Assembly: GCA_951406725.2 (NCBI GenBank)
Contig: OX597826.1
Coordinates: 28,954,001 to 29,018,000, forward strand
Origin: Octopus vulgaris
Lineage: Eukaryota
Length of the DNA stretch: 64,000 nucleotides
Direction of reading: 5' to 3'
The first letter of the stretch is position 1. Every line of letters starts with the position of its first letter. A program made the position numbers and the translations under genes. This document shows, piece after piece, positions 1 through 14,070 of the stretch. The notes beneath the pieces are model-generated. The model worked only from the letters and a program-made list of their open reading frames with translations, searched no databases and had not been told where the DNA came from.

Positions 1-162
1 CAAAAAGGTGCTTTTTTTCTATGAAAATCCCTATTTTTCACGATTTTTTGACTGCATTGTCGTCATTTTTCGGTGTATTTCAACCAGAAAAATGTTCACT
101 TAAAGAGAATAATAAGCTACATAATGCAAAACTTTTACTTTTCAAAATGTGCTATACTGCTA

Positions 163-227
<65 letters not shown>

Positions 228-269
228 TAGACAGCTATACATATACACATATATATATACATATACATA

Positions 270-318
<49 letters not shown>

Positions 319-399
319 TTATGTATGTATGTATGTATATATGTATATATATATATATTTATATATATATATACATACATATCTCTGTGTGTGTGCGTG

Positions 400-590
400 T
401 GTTTGTGCCCCAGACCATCGCTTGACAATCGATGCTGGTGTGTTTACGTCCCCGTATCTTAGCAGTTCGGCAAAAGAGACCGATAGAATAAGTACTAGGC
501 TTACGAAGAATAAGTCCTCGGGTCGATTAAGGTGATGTTTCAGCACTGCCTCAGTCAAATGACTAAAGCAAGAAAAAAAGAAAGAATAAA
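400..590 (+). mobile_element. SINE family A, 3' part
   Basis: CATCGCTTGACAATCGATGCTGGTGTGTTTACGTCCCCGT..AGAATAAGTACTAGG. Confidence 0.8.
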
Positions 591-1017
591 AAAAGTGACA
601 ATATATAAAGCATAAAAAACAATTGTATACCCACAGTAATTAAGAGATCATTTACAAGTGGCTCGTTACAAACCAACAGGTTACAGCATCGCCGTAAGTC
701 CAGTTGAAGGAGCTTTCTTGTATACAGATAATCGGCGAAAGCGATCCTTTTGCAGTAACATATATTTAGAATAATATGCAGAACAAGCAAGATTTCACAA
801 ATAGATCATAATCAAATTAATTTCAACAGCTGTTCCATTAGGAATAAACATGATTAATTCTGTAATTACATAATTATGTTATGTAATAAATATGAATTAA
901 TTTAAATTAGATTAACTTAAACCAATGTTTATTCCAAATCATCAACAATATCACCACCTATGCTAACCACAGACACTTATTTGTCTCTCTGATATTATCT
1001 CTATCTTTCTCTCTCTC

Positions 1018-1062
<45 letters not shown>

Positions 1063-1445
1063 GTAAATGTATGTGCGCGGGCGTGTGTATGTATAAGTGA
1101 GTATATGCATACATACACGTACTGACTATGCATGTATATTTATTTTTTCTTTTATATGTTTCAGTGGTCATGCTGGAGCACCGCCATATATATATATGTG
1201 TGTGTGTGTTTGTGTGTGTGTCTAAGTGTGTGTGTATGTATAAATACACACATGCATACACATACCTACTGAGTATATAACTCTTACTCCATCTTTTATT
1301 CCCCCTCTGAAAGACGATAGGCTGATGGATAGATAGATGCACATACATAGAGATAAAACAGGCAGACAAGCAGAGAGGCAGACAGACAGACAACCAGAAT
1401 ACAGATAAATGGACAGGTGGATAGATTGATAGATAGATAGATAAG

Positions 1446-1668
1446 TTTCTTTATTGGCCACACAGGGCTGCACACAGATGGGACAAGTTACAAGGTAGAG
1501 CTTTTCTTTTGGGAGATGAAGAGAACAAGAAACAAAAGAAAAAAAAAAGGGGGTGGCGTAGGTTTTCGATCAAGAGGGATCGTAAAAGGGAAGAAAAGAA
1601 CAAAAACAACAAAAAAATTGAATAAAATAAAAGGAATAAAAACAAAAAAAAAGAAAAGGAAAAGGAAC
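1446..1668 (-). mobile_element. LINE 3' end (Tx1/L1-like, tentative) within (GATA)n, copy 1
   Basis: Minus strand ..GCAGCCCTGTGTGGCCAATAAAGAAA then (TATC)n; homologous to 1784-1905. Confidence 0.6.
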
Positions 1669-1756
<88 letters not shown>

Positions 1757-1783
1757 TGATAGACAGATAGATAGATAGATAAA

Positions 1784-1905
1784 CTTTCTTTATTGGCCAC
1801 ACAGGGCTGTACACAGAGGGGACAATTACAAATGTAGAGCTTTTCTTTTCGGAGATGGAAAAGGAAAAGAAGAAAAAAAGGAAGCAAATGTAAAATTTCG
1901 ATCAG
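1784..1905 (-). mobile_element. LINE 3' end within (GATA)n, copy 2
   Basis: TTTCTTTATTGGCCACACAGGGCTG..AGAGCTTTTCTTTT shared with copy 1. Confidence 0.6.
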
Positions 1906-1966
1906 GCAAGATACATACATGCGGACGGACAGACAGATAGACAGACAGACAGACAGACAGACAGGC

Positions 1967-2010
<44 letters not shown>

Positions 2011-2011
2011 T

Positions 2012-2086
<75 letters not shown>

Positions 2087-2902
2087 GCTAGCCTCTCTTA
2101 AGAAGATAAAGTGAGAACTTGGTTGAATAAAGAAAGGAACTTTCCTGAAACAGATCTTTAGAGACGTGGTTGCAGGCCGGGTCAAATGGATAGCTTTGAA
2201 ATCGTGGAACCCCGTGTTCGATCTCGCTTCTTGGCATCTTGGACTGGTGTCATTTACCCAAACCTAGCCTTGTAAGTGGAACTGTTGCAGACAGAAACTG
2301 TGTGAAAGCCAGTCGGGTGGAATGTACCCGTAATTTCTAATGGGTCAGCCTTGGAATGTATTGCGTCGCTGGTTCTACTCAGGAATTTACGTAAAGTGTA
2401 CATGTGAGTATAGCATTGGAATACTCAGCCACTTGCTTGGACACTAATTCGATGAGCGGGTAATTAGTTCAGTTGATCGAATACTTAATACGCATCGTCG
2501 AAATCGATAGAGGATCGATATCATGCGTGTACGTAAATGTGTGTGTGTGTGTGCTTACTATGTGTATGTGCGTATACGAGTGCGCATATATATATTATAT
2601 ATGTATGTGTGTATATATATATATATGCACACACAAACACACGCACGCACGCACGCACGCACACACTCACTCACACACACACACACAAACACACATACAC
2701 ACGCACCAGCACAAATACCGTTTTACAGATGAGCAACTATAGAGACTACCGCCCAAACCGCCCAAACCGCCGCCATTACTACCACCCTCCTCTCATTCCC
2801 ATTCACTCATCTCGCCCCTCCCTTTCATTTTCTCATCCCCTCTCTCTCATTCTCTCTCTCACTTTTCCTCTTCGCCAGTACCTCTTAGTCCTCCTACTCC
2901 TC

Positions 2903-2936
<34 letters not shown>

Positions 2937-3319
2937 CAACCAGTCAGTGCAATTAACGTTGCTGGCTACTAATTAATCACACGTGTCCATCGTTGAAGAT
3001 CAAGGGACAAGAAATTATTGAACGTTTCTTTTCTCCAGGAACACCAACAAACTGTCCAACCTCGTCCAGCACCTCCTCTTCTTCCTCCCCTTCCTCTTCC
3101 TCTCCTTCCTCCTCCTACGTAACCCCCTTTCTCTCAATCGTCTCCCTCCCCTTCTCCCTACCTAATATTCGTCTTTCTTCTTTTTCGTCTCTAACTCCTC
3201 CCTTCCCCCCCCCCCGTTTTCATCATTGAATCCTCTTCCATACATACGACATATTACCTTTTCAAATTAACTTTTCCTTCCTATACTTGTCTCTCTCTCT
3301 CTCTCTCTCTCTCACTTTA

Positions 3320-3350
<31 letters not shown>

Positions 3351-3506
3351 CTCTCTTTCTCTCTCTATGTATCTATGTATCTATCTACCTAAGAATATAT
3401 CCATCGATATCTACACCTATGTCTGTCATTCTCTCCCTCTTTCTCCTACTCTTTCTCTCTCTCTGTCTCTCTTTCTGTTTTCTCAACTATTTTTCTCCAC
3501 ACTTAT

Positions 3507-3539
<33 letters not shown>

Positions 3540-3946
3540 GGCCTTCTCCTCTCACTCTTCTACCTATCTCTTTTCTATCTATCTATCTCTCACTCCCCCT
3601 ATTTATCTAACTATATCTCATCTTCTGTGTCTCTCTTCCCCTTCCTCTGTCACTTCCTCTCTTTTTTCTCTTTATCTAGCAATATCAAACTATATCTCAG
3701 CTTCTATATCCATTTCTCTCTCTCTCTCTCTCTCCTCTCTCCCTCTTTCTCTCTCTCTCATTTTAGCTCTCTATCTATCTATTTATCTGTCTGTCTGTTT
3801 TTCTATCTGTATTTGTTTACCTGCCTGACCACCGGTCAGTCAGTCTATCCATTCATCTCTCTCTTCCTCTTTCTCTCTTTCTTTCTCTCCCTATCTATGT
3901 ACCTATCTATCTAGCAACTTATCTCTCTATCTATCTCCATATATAA

Positions 3947-4000
<54 letters not shown>

Positions 4001-4146
4001 GTGTGCGTGCGTGTGCCTGCGTGTGCGTGTCTGTGTGTCTGTGTATGTATGTGTATATATATGTCTGCCTGTTCATATATCTGTCTATCTGTCCGATTCT
4101 CCGTCTGTCTGTCTATTTATATGACCTCCACACCTCGTCCCTCTCT

Positions 4147-4177
<31 letters not shown>

Positions 4178-4343
4178 CCACTCCTCTCCTTCAAGCACTC
4201 CCTCCGTACCTCCTTCCCTCTTTCTAATTCTCTACCTTTCAAATTATTCCACTGAAGATTTTGACGGAATAACGTGGGTGGAGAATACCGGCCTTTCGAT
4301 TTAATATCGGTTAATTGCAAGACACGATATACATATATAGATG

Positions 4344-4396
<53 letters not shown>

Positions 4397-4403
4397 GTAT
4401 ATA

Positions 4404-4462
<59 letters not shown>

Positions 4463-4466
<4 letters not shown>

Positions 4467-5322
4467 CTTTCTCCCTCCCTCCTTCCCTCTTCCCCTTCCC
4501 TCTGCTCCCTCACTCCCCTTCTCTCTCCCCCTCTCCCTCTTTCCTCCTTCCTCCCCCCTCCTCATGCCCTTCCTTCTCCCCCTCCTCTCCCCCTCTCCCC
4601 CTCTCCTCCCCTCCCCGTCCCCTCCTCCCCCTCTTCTCCTCTCTCCACACTACACCACACGACTTTACACATCACATCATATATGATGTGCCATACTAAT
4701 ACATACACCAACTAATACATACTAATACATACTAATACATACTAATACATACTAATACATACACCAACCCTATACATACACACGTCCAGACCTCTCATAC
4801 GCACTTATACTCTCTCATACACACACACACACACTTATACATACTAATACATACTAATACATACACCAACCCCATGCATACGCACGTCCAGACCTATCAT
4901 ACGCACCAATACTCTCTCATACACACACACACACACACACCCTTATACATACTAATACATACTAATACATACACCAACCCTATACATACACACGTCCAGA
5001 CCTCTCCTACGCACTAATAGCTGGTCATTCAACCCTATTATCAACCCTATTATCTCCCCTTATTTCGCTCTCGCGTCTCATGTTTGATCTTTGACCTCTG
5101 GCCGAAATCAGATCGCCATGTTGATTCGTTAGTTACTGCACGCATTTTTTTTCTCTCCTTCTTTCTGTGTTTTTTTCTCTCTGTGTATCTTTCTGTTGAA
5201 GAGCGTAGGCTCGAAACGTTAAAGACTTGTTTTATTTATATTTCCTGAGCGCCATACTAATACAATTGTTTGTTTGCTTCCCACCTGCCTTCGTCTTTTG
5301 TCTATTTTCATAAAGCTTCCCG

Positions 5323-5325
<3 letters not shown>
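4463..5325 (+). mobile_element. 3'-terminal fragment of the same Penelope-like element, inserted inside a (TA)n tract
   Basis: Near-identical reverse complement of about 52887-53871 (same CT tract, ACTAATACAT repeats, pLTR ending AAGCTTCCCGTTA); (TA)n on both sides. Confidence 0.92.
5188..5225 (+). ncRNA. Minimal type I hammerhead-like ribozyme, variant core CUGUUGA
   Basis: TCTTT-CTGTTGA-A-GAGC gtag GCTC-GAAA-CG-TT-AAAGA: stem I TCTTT/AAAGA, stem II GAGC/GCTC, palindromic stem III ACGT. Confidence 0.75.
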
Positions 5326-5378
<53 letters not shown>

Positions 5379-5407
5379 GTATATATACATATGTATATAT
5401 ATATTAT

Positions 5408-5564
5408 ATGGAGTAGCTGTGTGGTTAGTAGATTGTTTACCAGCCGCATGGTTCTGGGTTTAGTCCCACTGCGTGACACATTGGGTATGTGTCTCTACTA
5501 GAGCTTCGGGTCGACCATAGCCTTGTGAGTGGATTTGGTAGGCGGAAACTGAAAGAAGCCCGTC

Positions 5565-5567
<3 letters not shown>
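5408..5567 (+). mobile_element. SINE family A, 5' part
   Basis: tRNA-like head to GGAAACTGAAAGAAGCCCGTC. Confidence 0.78.
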
Positions 5568-5613
<46 letters not shown>

Positions 5614-6200
5614 TGAGTGTACCTCTGTGTCATTCTGTGTGTATGTATGTGCATGTGTGATTGTCTGTTCATATTATCTATATATCCATCTCTCTGTATG
5701 TCTATCTGTTTACTTTCATAACCATATGCCTACATACATGTGAATATACATATACACATACACACACACATACATACACCTATCTGCATAACATCCCACT
5801 AACTATTCTACCTGTATATAAAGATAAACTGTGAGTATGGAGGTATGATTACCTACTTCCTATATTTCCTATTTACTATTTAAATGAAACATCCCCTGTA
5901 CCAAATAGGAAATATACGTAATAGGTAATCATAGGTGTAGGAGTGGCTGTGTGGTATGTATATGTATATACATATATATACACACACACATATATATGTA
6001 TAAGTGTATATGTGTATATGCATACATATATATGTGTGCGTGTGTTGTGTATACGTATAAATGAGTGTGTTTCTTCTATATAACATGTTTTTTTGTGCAT
6101 GGCTTTGTGCGTTTCATGCTTTCGCTTATTGTTTTTATGCTTACATAGTCGCGAGCAGACATGCGCCCCTTCTCGTCCAGTGGCTCATCCAAAATGTAAC

Positions 6201-6245
<45 letters not shown>

Positions 6246-9200
6246 GTGAGTGAGTGAGTGCGTGAGTGAGTTAGAGAGAGGGGCAGAGGGAGAGAGAGAA
6301 ATGCACTTGTACTCTACATGTACCCCTATTTAGTGGAATAGACAAGATAAACATGAAATGAAATCCCTTGCTCAAGAATACAGCGCACTACTCGTTCCAA
6401 GGAATTGAACCAAGGGCATTAAAATCGGGAGCAAAACACCCTAAAGCACATACCCACCCGTTATGATATCAGGTTTATATTATCAGCGATGGTGGTTGGT
6501 TCGAAATGGTCTCTATAAATGTCTACACTCGTATCTACTGTTGTTGTTGTTGTTGTTGTTGCTGCTGCTGCTGCTGCGGCTGCTGTTGTTGTTGTTACTG
6601 TTGCTGTTGTTATTGTTGTTGTTGTTGTTGTTATTGGGTTGTCAAATATAAACAAACAAATCTATTAAAAACCTGAATTCTAGAATATATATTTTCCCGC
6701 TAAAATCGTTAACAGTTTACACATTGAATTGTTACACAGACGCGTACTTCCGGTAATGGAGAAAGCGGAGAACAATATTTAAACAGACAGACAAACAGAC
6801 AGAGACGGACAGGAAGGGAGAATTGGAAAGAGAGAGCGAGAGCGAGAGAACGGCAGAAAGGCAGAGAGAGAAGCCATCTTGTTTCACTCGGTTGAGTCCA
6901 AAGTGATAATTTATACAGGAAATCTTCGTAAAGTATACGTGTGAAGGAAATTTGTATTATCATCATGAAACAATTAGCTAACGAACAATAATACTGCATG
7001 TGTATGTATATGTATGAATATGTGTGTGTGTGTCAATTTATATGTATGCGTGTTTATAAGGATATATATATATATATATATATATACGTAGTGTGCGTGT
7101 GCGTATGTAATTTATATTGGGTAATTTTATGACCATAACTAAGCATATCGACAAATGCGGTTCGATAAAATGGGTACATGGCTGAAATATATACTGTGTG
7201 GCTATAAGTTAAACTTCTTAACGTTTACATACATATACACACATACATGTATATGTTAGTGTATACATGTATATATACTTATGTATTTGTGTGTACGTAT
7301 ATATACATATGCATATATGTATATGTGTGTGCATGCGTTTTCTGTGAATGCTTGTGTATGTGTGTGTATGTAGATATGTATGTATATGTGGGTGTATATG
7401 TATGTACACTTAGCTATTCACTGCATTTATACTCTTAATTTCGTTCACGCATGCAGAACATAACCGTGCAATCAATCAGATTGTTTGTGAATAATGGTGC
7501 GAGGTATTTTGCCGTAGACCATTTGTTAAATCGGTTCTCAGTAGTTAACGCTAGTCACATGGTCGGGTTTGTTGTATATTTGATGGAACTGGTGTAGCGT
7601 TGAAGAAAACTGAGCCAAGGGCAATTACTCAAGAATATTGCTGATTGTGTCACTCTATCCTTCAGCGGAACAGTTACTGCATGCTTTACTTAGCAGAAAA
7701 GTTCTGTTTCTTGAATCGACGCGAAGATCGGATATATCCTCCAAAAACCACCACTGGAGGAAGTTTCACTTGAAAGTTATTTTTGTCGCTAGTATACCAT
7801 AAAAAACCTGTTTGAGCCAGCTTTGCGGAGTAATCACTATTGACACTCATAAATGAAATGAACTATCATCCTTTACACAACAATAACTCGACAAACAGGA
7901 GCCATGCCATCTGTGAATCTACAACGAATCCGATCATTTGTAGAGACTGACCAATGAAAACCGATCTAGCAAGTTCTCAACGCATATGACATTCTCACCT
8001 TTATCCGCAATATAGTCTGGTTGATCATCCACTTATATTCTGTGTCCTTATGTGAAACTTTGTTTAGCAATGAAATGACTGATTTAATGAGGTTCTTGTT
8101 TTCAATAAATACAAAAAAATATTCCGGTGTTGAGTACCTTTTATTTGTACAAACAAAAGTAATATGTGTGCACCCAATATCTTCCTTCCTTCCGGTTAAT
8201 TCAACATATGAAACCGGTAATCCAGACACGTTTTTTATCACTCAGTTATTTTCCTCTTTCCATTGTTTTCTTTCATCATTCCTTTCTGCGGAAGAATGTA
8301 GGTTCAAAACGTCAAAGACCCTTCCATTTTTTGCTCAGCATCAAGCTAATACACCTTGTTTGTTGCCTCCTCATCTGTCTATGCTTTTTTTTTGTATTTT
8401 GTACAAATTTAAACCACGTAAATACGTGTGTGCATGTGGCGTGTGTGTGTGTGTGTGTGTGTATGTGTGTGTATGTGTGTGCGTGTGTGTGTGTGCGTGT
8501 GCGTGTACCTTTGTACATTTGACATTTATATTGTCAGAACAATGGATTAAATCCAATAAAACCAAAAGTAAGTAAAACTATTGACATATCTTCTGCCTGC
8601 CTAACAAAAAGAGACACACCCAAATAAGCACACTCTTTTGCAAAGTTCTGCAAATGTGAATGAATTCTAGGCAATAACATAACCTCAAATTTAATCAATA
8701 AAAATTTCTCTAAAACACCTCTCCAAAACAACTCATCCTAACACCTAATTAGTACTCCGCTCAAACTCGCATTCTCAAAAAAGATTTTAACTTCACAGGG
8801 AGTATATAAAACCAAGCTTCATTTCGATGCATTGCTTTGAGAAGGGATAGGCAAAAGCACTCTACAACCTATCTCTATTCTTTCTATCTCTCTCCCTCTT
8901 TCGTTCTTCTTCCTTTCAGCTTCTTCTCTCCCACCCTTTCCCTATTCTTCTCTATTTACCGCAGGTTGAGTTCCGCATTTGCGCATCGAATTCGAAAAAT
9001 AAGATCCTATAGACACGTGGCTGATTATTTATCGCTCCGTATCTATATGTTCGGTCCTGGTAACCTACTGAAGAAACAGCGCCAGATATAAACTGAAATT
9101 ATTTTATTTCAATCTGTATTTAAGTCTGCAGAAACCTTGCAGGGTCTAGGATAATAATGTAATAGTTTTTATTTTTCAATCACTTTCGGAATTACAACAA

Positions 9201-9297
9201 TTAGTGGCTTAGAGTTTAACTGCTCTTTCTCGTGAGTCAGATAACCTATTCTTTGGGTATCTCTTATGTGTTTGAATGTACACTGTATTCTTATATT

Positions 9298-9331
<34 letters not shown>

Positions 9332-9355
9332 TGTATTTATGTGCTATCTGAGTGT

Positions 9356-9413
9356 ATTCCACTGATGAAGGCAGAGCATGTCTTATGCAAAGCCAGAAAT
9401 CCGAGAATGGAAT
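9356..9413 (+). ncRNA. Hammerhead-like motif at the start of a ~200-bp PLE pLTR-like unit (to ~9560)
   Basis: ATTCCA-CTGATGA-A-GGC..GCAT/ATGC..GCC-A-GAAA-TCCGAGAA-TGGAAT; a related unit lies on the minus strand at 24477-24690. Confidence 0.6.
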
Positions 9414-9894
9414 TATCCAGTAATTTTTTTGCTGGTTTATTTTGTCTCTTTGTCTTCTCTCCTGGGGCTGTATGAACATTTAATGTGGTTTTAGAGTCAA
9501 GTTTTGACTGCTATTTCCAGCGTGGAGATATCTCTTAGATACCCAAAATTATAATTTTATATATGTATATAAGCGTATATATTCACGCATACAAACACTG
9601 CAACTACACAAATATATCGCTTTCACAATTTTAAGTAACATATTTAAGTCGACTCGATAAATGGCGCCAGCCAAAACTTGAAATGTCGAAGAAGATTTTA
9701 TTTATGATATGCAGGGATTTGAATTCTTTTCTTTACTTACAAAATATTTTCCAGAGAGCTATATACACAAAATTCCTAACCGTTATGTTCATTGAACGAT
9801 GTTCCATTAATCTACTGGATATGTGTTTGGAAATATAATGATGCAGATTAATAAAATATTTGAAAATTCCATTGGTTCCCTCGAAGGATTTCTG

Positions 9895-10238
9895 GAATAA
9901 CATTACTAGACAAGGGACGTAGCTCAGGTGTTAGGAAATCTGTCGAGGTCGCATTGGGGGGTTACTGTTCCGGTACTATGGACACGTGATTAGGATGTCG
10001 CAGGAAAGAATCGCGTTGTTGATTCTTCAAGCTGGACAATTAGTCAGGAGACCTAGGAATAAACCAAGAACGAAATGGTTGGACAATGTCCATAGTTTCC
10101 TTTGGTCACGCTTGGGAATCAAGCCGGAGAATCTATTGACGGTTGCTTCTTATAGTATCCTATCGAACAGACGCCTGCGAACTCAGTCCCCACGACCCTC
10201 TTAGGAATAATGAGCGAAGAAAATGTAAGGATGGGATT
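9895..10238 (+). mobile_element. RTE (Expander/Rex3-like) LINE 3' fragment
   Basis: RRPRNKPRTKWLDNV..LWSRLGIKPENL and tail CCCACGACCC..AGCGAAGAAAATG. Confidence 0.75.
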
Positions 10239-11021
10239 AAACTTTTGTATGGTCATATTGGTGGAGGATGATCACATCTAATCCAGATTAAACCTGGATT
10301 AAATACGATCATCCTATTTCCCTCAAAATCAATTTCTTCTCCATTATTACGTTTATTACGTCAACACAGATTTTTCCCGATCGGTTCTCCCCTGCACCCA
10401 ACCCATTCTCTATTATACTCCTTCAAGGAAACAAATAGCTGATTGTGCAAATGTATATATGAGAGTGTATATATTTATGTTACAACCCCAGAAGAGAATA
10501 TACGCATGCCACCACCCAACTGACGCAATTATGTCCAAGTTGGTTCCAAATACAATGAAAACTGGGTATGGCTTCTTTGACAGCATCTACCCATTTCTCA
10601 GTCAATACACATACTAAAAGAGTCGTTGCTCTGCAGATTTTGTCCGTTGGAGGCTCCTTAAGGTTCTTTTAAAAAATGTGCAAACACGCTTAAAGATTTT
10701 TGATGTTTTAAAAAAATAAAATGATAAAAGTAAAAAATAAGCTGTCACAAATTATCAGAAACTTTAATTCAATCTTAAAAATATTTATACATTCTAAACC
10801 GGAAATGTAATGAAAGAAATGGTTTGAGAGATTCTGTTTCAAATCTGTTTGAAGTTTGATTTAATGACAGACAGCTGGGTTTCCATGTTTGCATCTGCAG
10901 TCGTTATATAACGGCGTATAAAATGAATATTCTGCTTTGTATAAATACGTAGTTTGCAAGGGAAAAAGTACTGAAATAATCTTTTCTGGTATTCCTCTTG
11001 TATAGAGCCGGAACAAAGACC

Positions 11022-11056
11022 ACAAGACGTTTCGCCCTGTGGCGAGTCTTCGATGT
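11022..11056 (-). ncRNA. Degenerate hammerhead-like motif
   Basis: Minus strand ACAT-CGAAGA-CTC-GCC acag GGC-GAAA-CG-TC-TTGT; core damaged. Confidence 0.45.
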
Positions 11057-11110
11057 TCAACTGTATCCCTCTCCCCACAAAATCCAGGCCTTGTGCCTAT
11101 AGTAGAAAAG

Positions 11111-11185
<75 letters not shown>

Positions 11186-11194
11186 TTAATTATT

Positions 11195-11594
11195 GAGTGA
11201 GAGAGCAGTGTGTACCATCAAAGTGACACTGGGGTAAAATATACGAAGTCCAGTATACCCATCATGACTACCCGCCTGATAATGGTACGCCCGGCACATG
11301 CATCACAACCATATGTACGTGACATGGTGATTTCATATCAAGATAAACAGCACATGACCTTGAAGATGGGACCCAGTTAGAATTTTCTTCTGGTCGAATA
11401 GCCCATCCCGCTCAAAAGTTCCCTGAATAAGAGTTGTTTGAGAATAAGGGTTGAACGAAATATCCATGTTTCCAGAGGTGAATTATCCAAACCTCAAAGA
11501 ATTTTTCTCAACACATGCTTATGATGCTCCCTCATTACATCTGCTCGTGATCAGAGTTGCACATATCGTCAGCCACTAAGGGACATGCTCAACT
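11195..11594. mobile_element. Truncated copy of the (TAT)n-embedded element
   Basis: Colinear with 42807-43170 and has the same left junction. Confidence 0.8.
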
Positions 11595-11730
11595 TCATTT
11601 TGGTTAATATATAAAGGATTGAGGAAACTCCTCCAGAAGATATAATATTAAAATCACAAGAAAAGTGCCATTGTCATCCTCAATCCTTTATATATTAACC
11701 AAAATGAAGTAGATTGACAAAATTATTTTT

Positions 11731-11768
11731 TGAACCTGTTGAAGACACAGATGTCGAAATATTTTTCA
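11731..11768 (+). ncRNA. Hammerhead-like motif, variant core CUGUUGA
   Basis: TGAAC-CTGTTGA-A-GACA caga TGTC-GAAA-TA-TT-TTTCA; palindromic AAATATTT stem III. Confidence 0.62.
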
Positions 11769-11808
11769 CTAGATGACAATGGCACTCTTCTTTTAATATT
11801 AATATTAA

Positions 11809-11866
<58 letters not shown>

Positions 11867-11876
11867 GTTATTGTTA

Positions 11877-11957
<81 letters not shown>

Positions 11958-11958
<1 letters not shown>

Positions 11959-12405
11959 GGTGGAGAGCTGACGAAATCGTTTGTACGCCGGATAAAATGT
12001 TTAGAGGCATTTCGACGGTCTTTACGTTCTGAGTTCAAATTCCGCAGAAGTCGACTTTACCTTTCATCCTTTTCGGGGTCGATAAAATAAGTATCACTCA
12101 AGTACTGGGTTCGATGTAATCAATTCGCCCCTTTCCCACCAAAATTTCAGGCTTTGTACTTTTAGTAGAAAGGATTATCATTAAAAGCGGCGAGCTGGGA
12201 GAATTGCTAGCGTACCGGACAAAATGCTTAGTGGTATTTCTTCCGGCTTTTGACGATCTGAGTTCATATCCAGCCGAGGTCAATTTTGCTTTCCATACTT
12301 TTGAGATCGATAAAATAAAGAATCAAGAAAGTACTAGAAACGATGGCATTGACTTAACACCCCACCCCCCACCCTTAAAATTGTTGCATTCTATGTAAAT
12401 CAGGA
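11958..12405 (+). mobile_element. Two tandem SINE family B copies
   Basis: Heads at about 11958 and 12184, with Deu/Nin-like domain. Confidence 0.8.
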
Positions 12406-12431
12406 ACCATTTCCTTGGCACACGGTGATTA

Positions 12432-12589
12432 GGCGCAGGTGTGGGTGGGTGGTAAGCAGTTTTCTTCCCAACCACATGGTTCTGAGTTCAATCCTTCAAC
12501 GATTTCTTCTAAAACTGCAAACCGACCAAAGCTTTGTTAGTGGATTGATAAACGGAAACTGAAAGAAGCTCGCTGTATATAATTGTGTG

Positions 12590-12651
<62 letters not shown>

Positions 12652-12912
12652 AACGTGTGTATGTTTGTGTGTATGTGTGTGTGTTGTGTGTCTGTGTCTT
12701 TGTGTCTGTGTGTCTTTGTGTCCTCCACCGCCGTTTGACAACCGGTGTTGGTTTGTTTACGTGCCCATCATTTAGCCGTTCAATAAATGATAACGATAGA
12801 ATAACTACCAGCCTTTTAAAAAAACAGTACTAGGATCGCTTCAATCGACTAAAATTCCTCAAGGTGGTGCCCCAGAATAGCCGCAGTCTGAAACAAGTAA
12901 AAGATAAGAGAA
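12432..12912 (+). mobile_element. SINE family A, full length
   Basis: Head, internal (TG)n and tail colinear with 46941-47355. Confidence 0.82.
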
Positions 12913-13400
12913 AAGATTTCGAAACCATTTCTCAAATTAAAGAAAGCATTCCAATTCTTGAAATCATTTCTGGAAAACGCGTTGATGAATTCTTTGCATT
13001 ACCATTATTTCTTTGATTCACTGGATAAATTCTTTAAATCAAAGAAACTCTGAAAGTCGCGATTTCGTATGCAAGTTTTCCAAGAAACCTAATTTCCTTT
13101 TGAAAGTTTTGACCAAAAAAGTTCCTTGTTTCGCTTGCAGAGGGTGGTTTTGTTCCACGTGTAATTGTCAATGTCTTTGAGTAAATGTTTACCCATGTCT
13201 CTCTCATCTATTCTCAGAAGGTCTCCAACTGACGCAATACAAGAATTTGATCCGTAAGAACCTTCTATGGCATTTTTCCTTTTTGCTTTTTATTGACTCT
13301 CTCAAGAACTCTGTCTTTATTTGGACAAGTTCTATTTCTGTTCACACTCTAAAGATTCTTCCTTGACAGGCCTGTACGTATATGTACATATATATGTATG

Positions 13401-13456
<56 letters not shown>

Positions 13457-13570
13457 ATTTAGGAATGGTCATTTTGCCAGTTTAGCCAATAAAAATACAT
13501 GCACTATATATGTGGTGTTACTTTGCTTCAGTGTTATTTATTTTTTACATTAATCTTAATCTTATTTCGG

Positions 13571-13610
13571 CCAGAGTTCTTTCGTCACACTCCTGTGACC
13601 GCATCAGTGG
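13571..13610 (-). ncRNA. Hammerhead-like motif (core CUGAUGC) in pLTR
   Basis: CCA-CTGATGC-G-GTCAC aggagt GTGAC-GAAA-GAAC-TC-TGG on the minus strand. Confidence 0.6.
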
Positions 13611-13928
13611 TCCTTTGTTTTCTTCTTACTTATTTGTGTCTCTCCTTACTATCTCTATGTGCGTTTATGTTTATTTAGTGTGTGTATGTGGGGGATGCCT
13701 GTAATATTTGTATCTTCTGTTTATATATGTTCATGTAATTTGTAATTTTATATGTTCATGTAATTTGTATTTTGTATTTTGTTTTTTGTTTTTTGTTTTT
13801 GTTTTTGTTGTTTTTGTTTATTCTTATTTTGTTCGTGTGTTTACATCCACCCATTATTATCATTACATATGCTTGTATGTATGTATGTATAACAACAATA
13901 CTAGTAATAATAATAACAAATTGAATCG

Positions 13929-13997
<69 letters not shown>

Positions 13998-14070
13998 ATA
14001 TATAGTTATTTATTTCTATTAGTTTATTTATTTATCTGTGTATTTATTATGTTTTCAGGATCCTCTATTG

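Noticed and set aside
4690-5020. Regularly spaced repeats resembling a CRISPR array
   Set aside because: The spacers are not unique and the context is eukaryotic; it is the PLE internal VNTR
5030-5052. AACCCT repeats resembling telomeric sequence in the pLTR
   Set aside because: Only two interrupted copies; not a TTAGGG array
7430-8400. Unique region with KLPPVVVFGG on the minus strand
   Set aside because: Possibly a decayed transposase, but no further motifs could be confirmed
9064-9106. CTGAAGA...GAAA possible hammerhead
   Set aside because: Stem I does not pair convincingly
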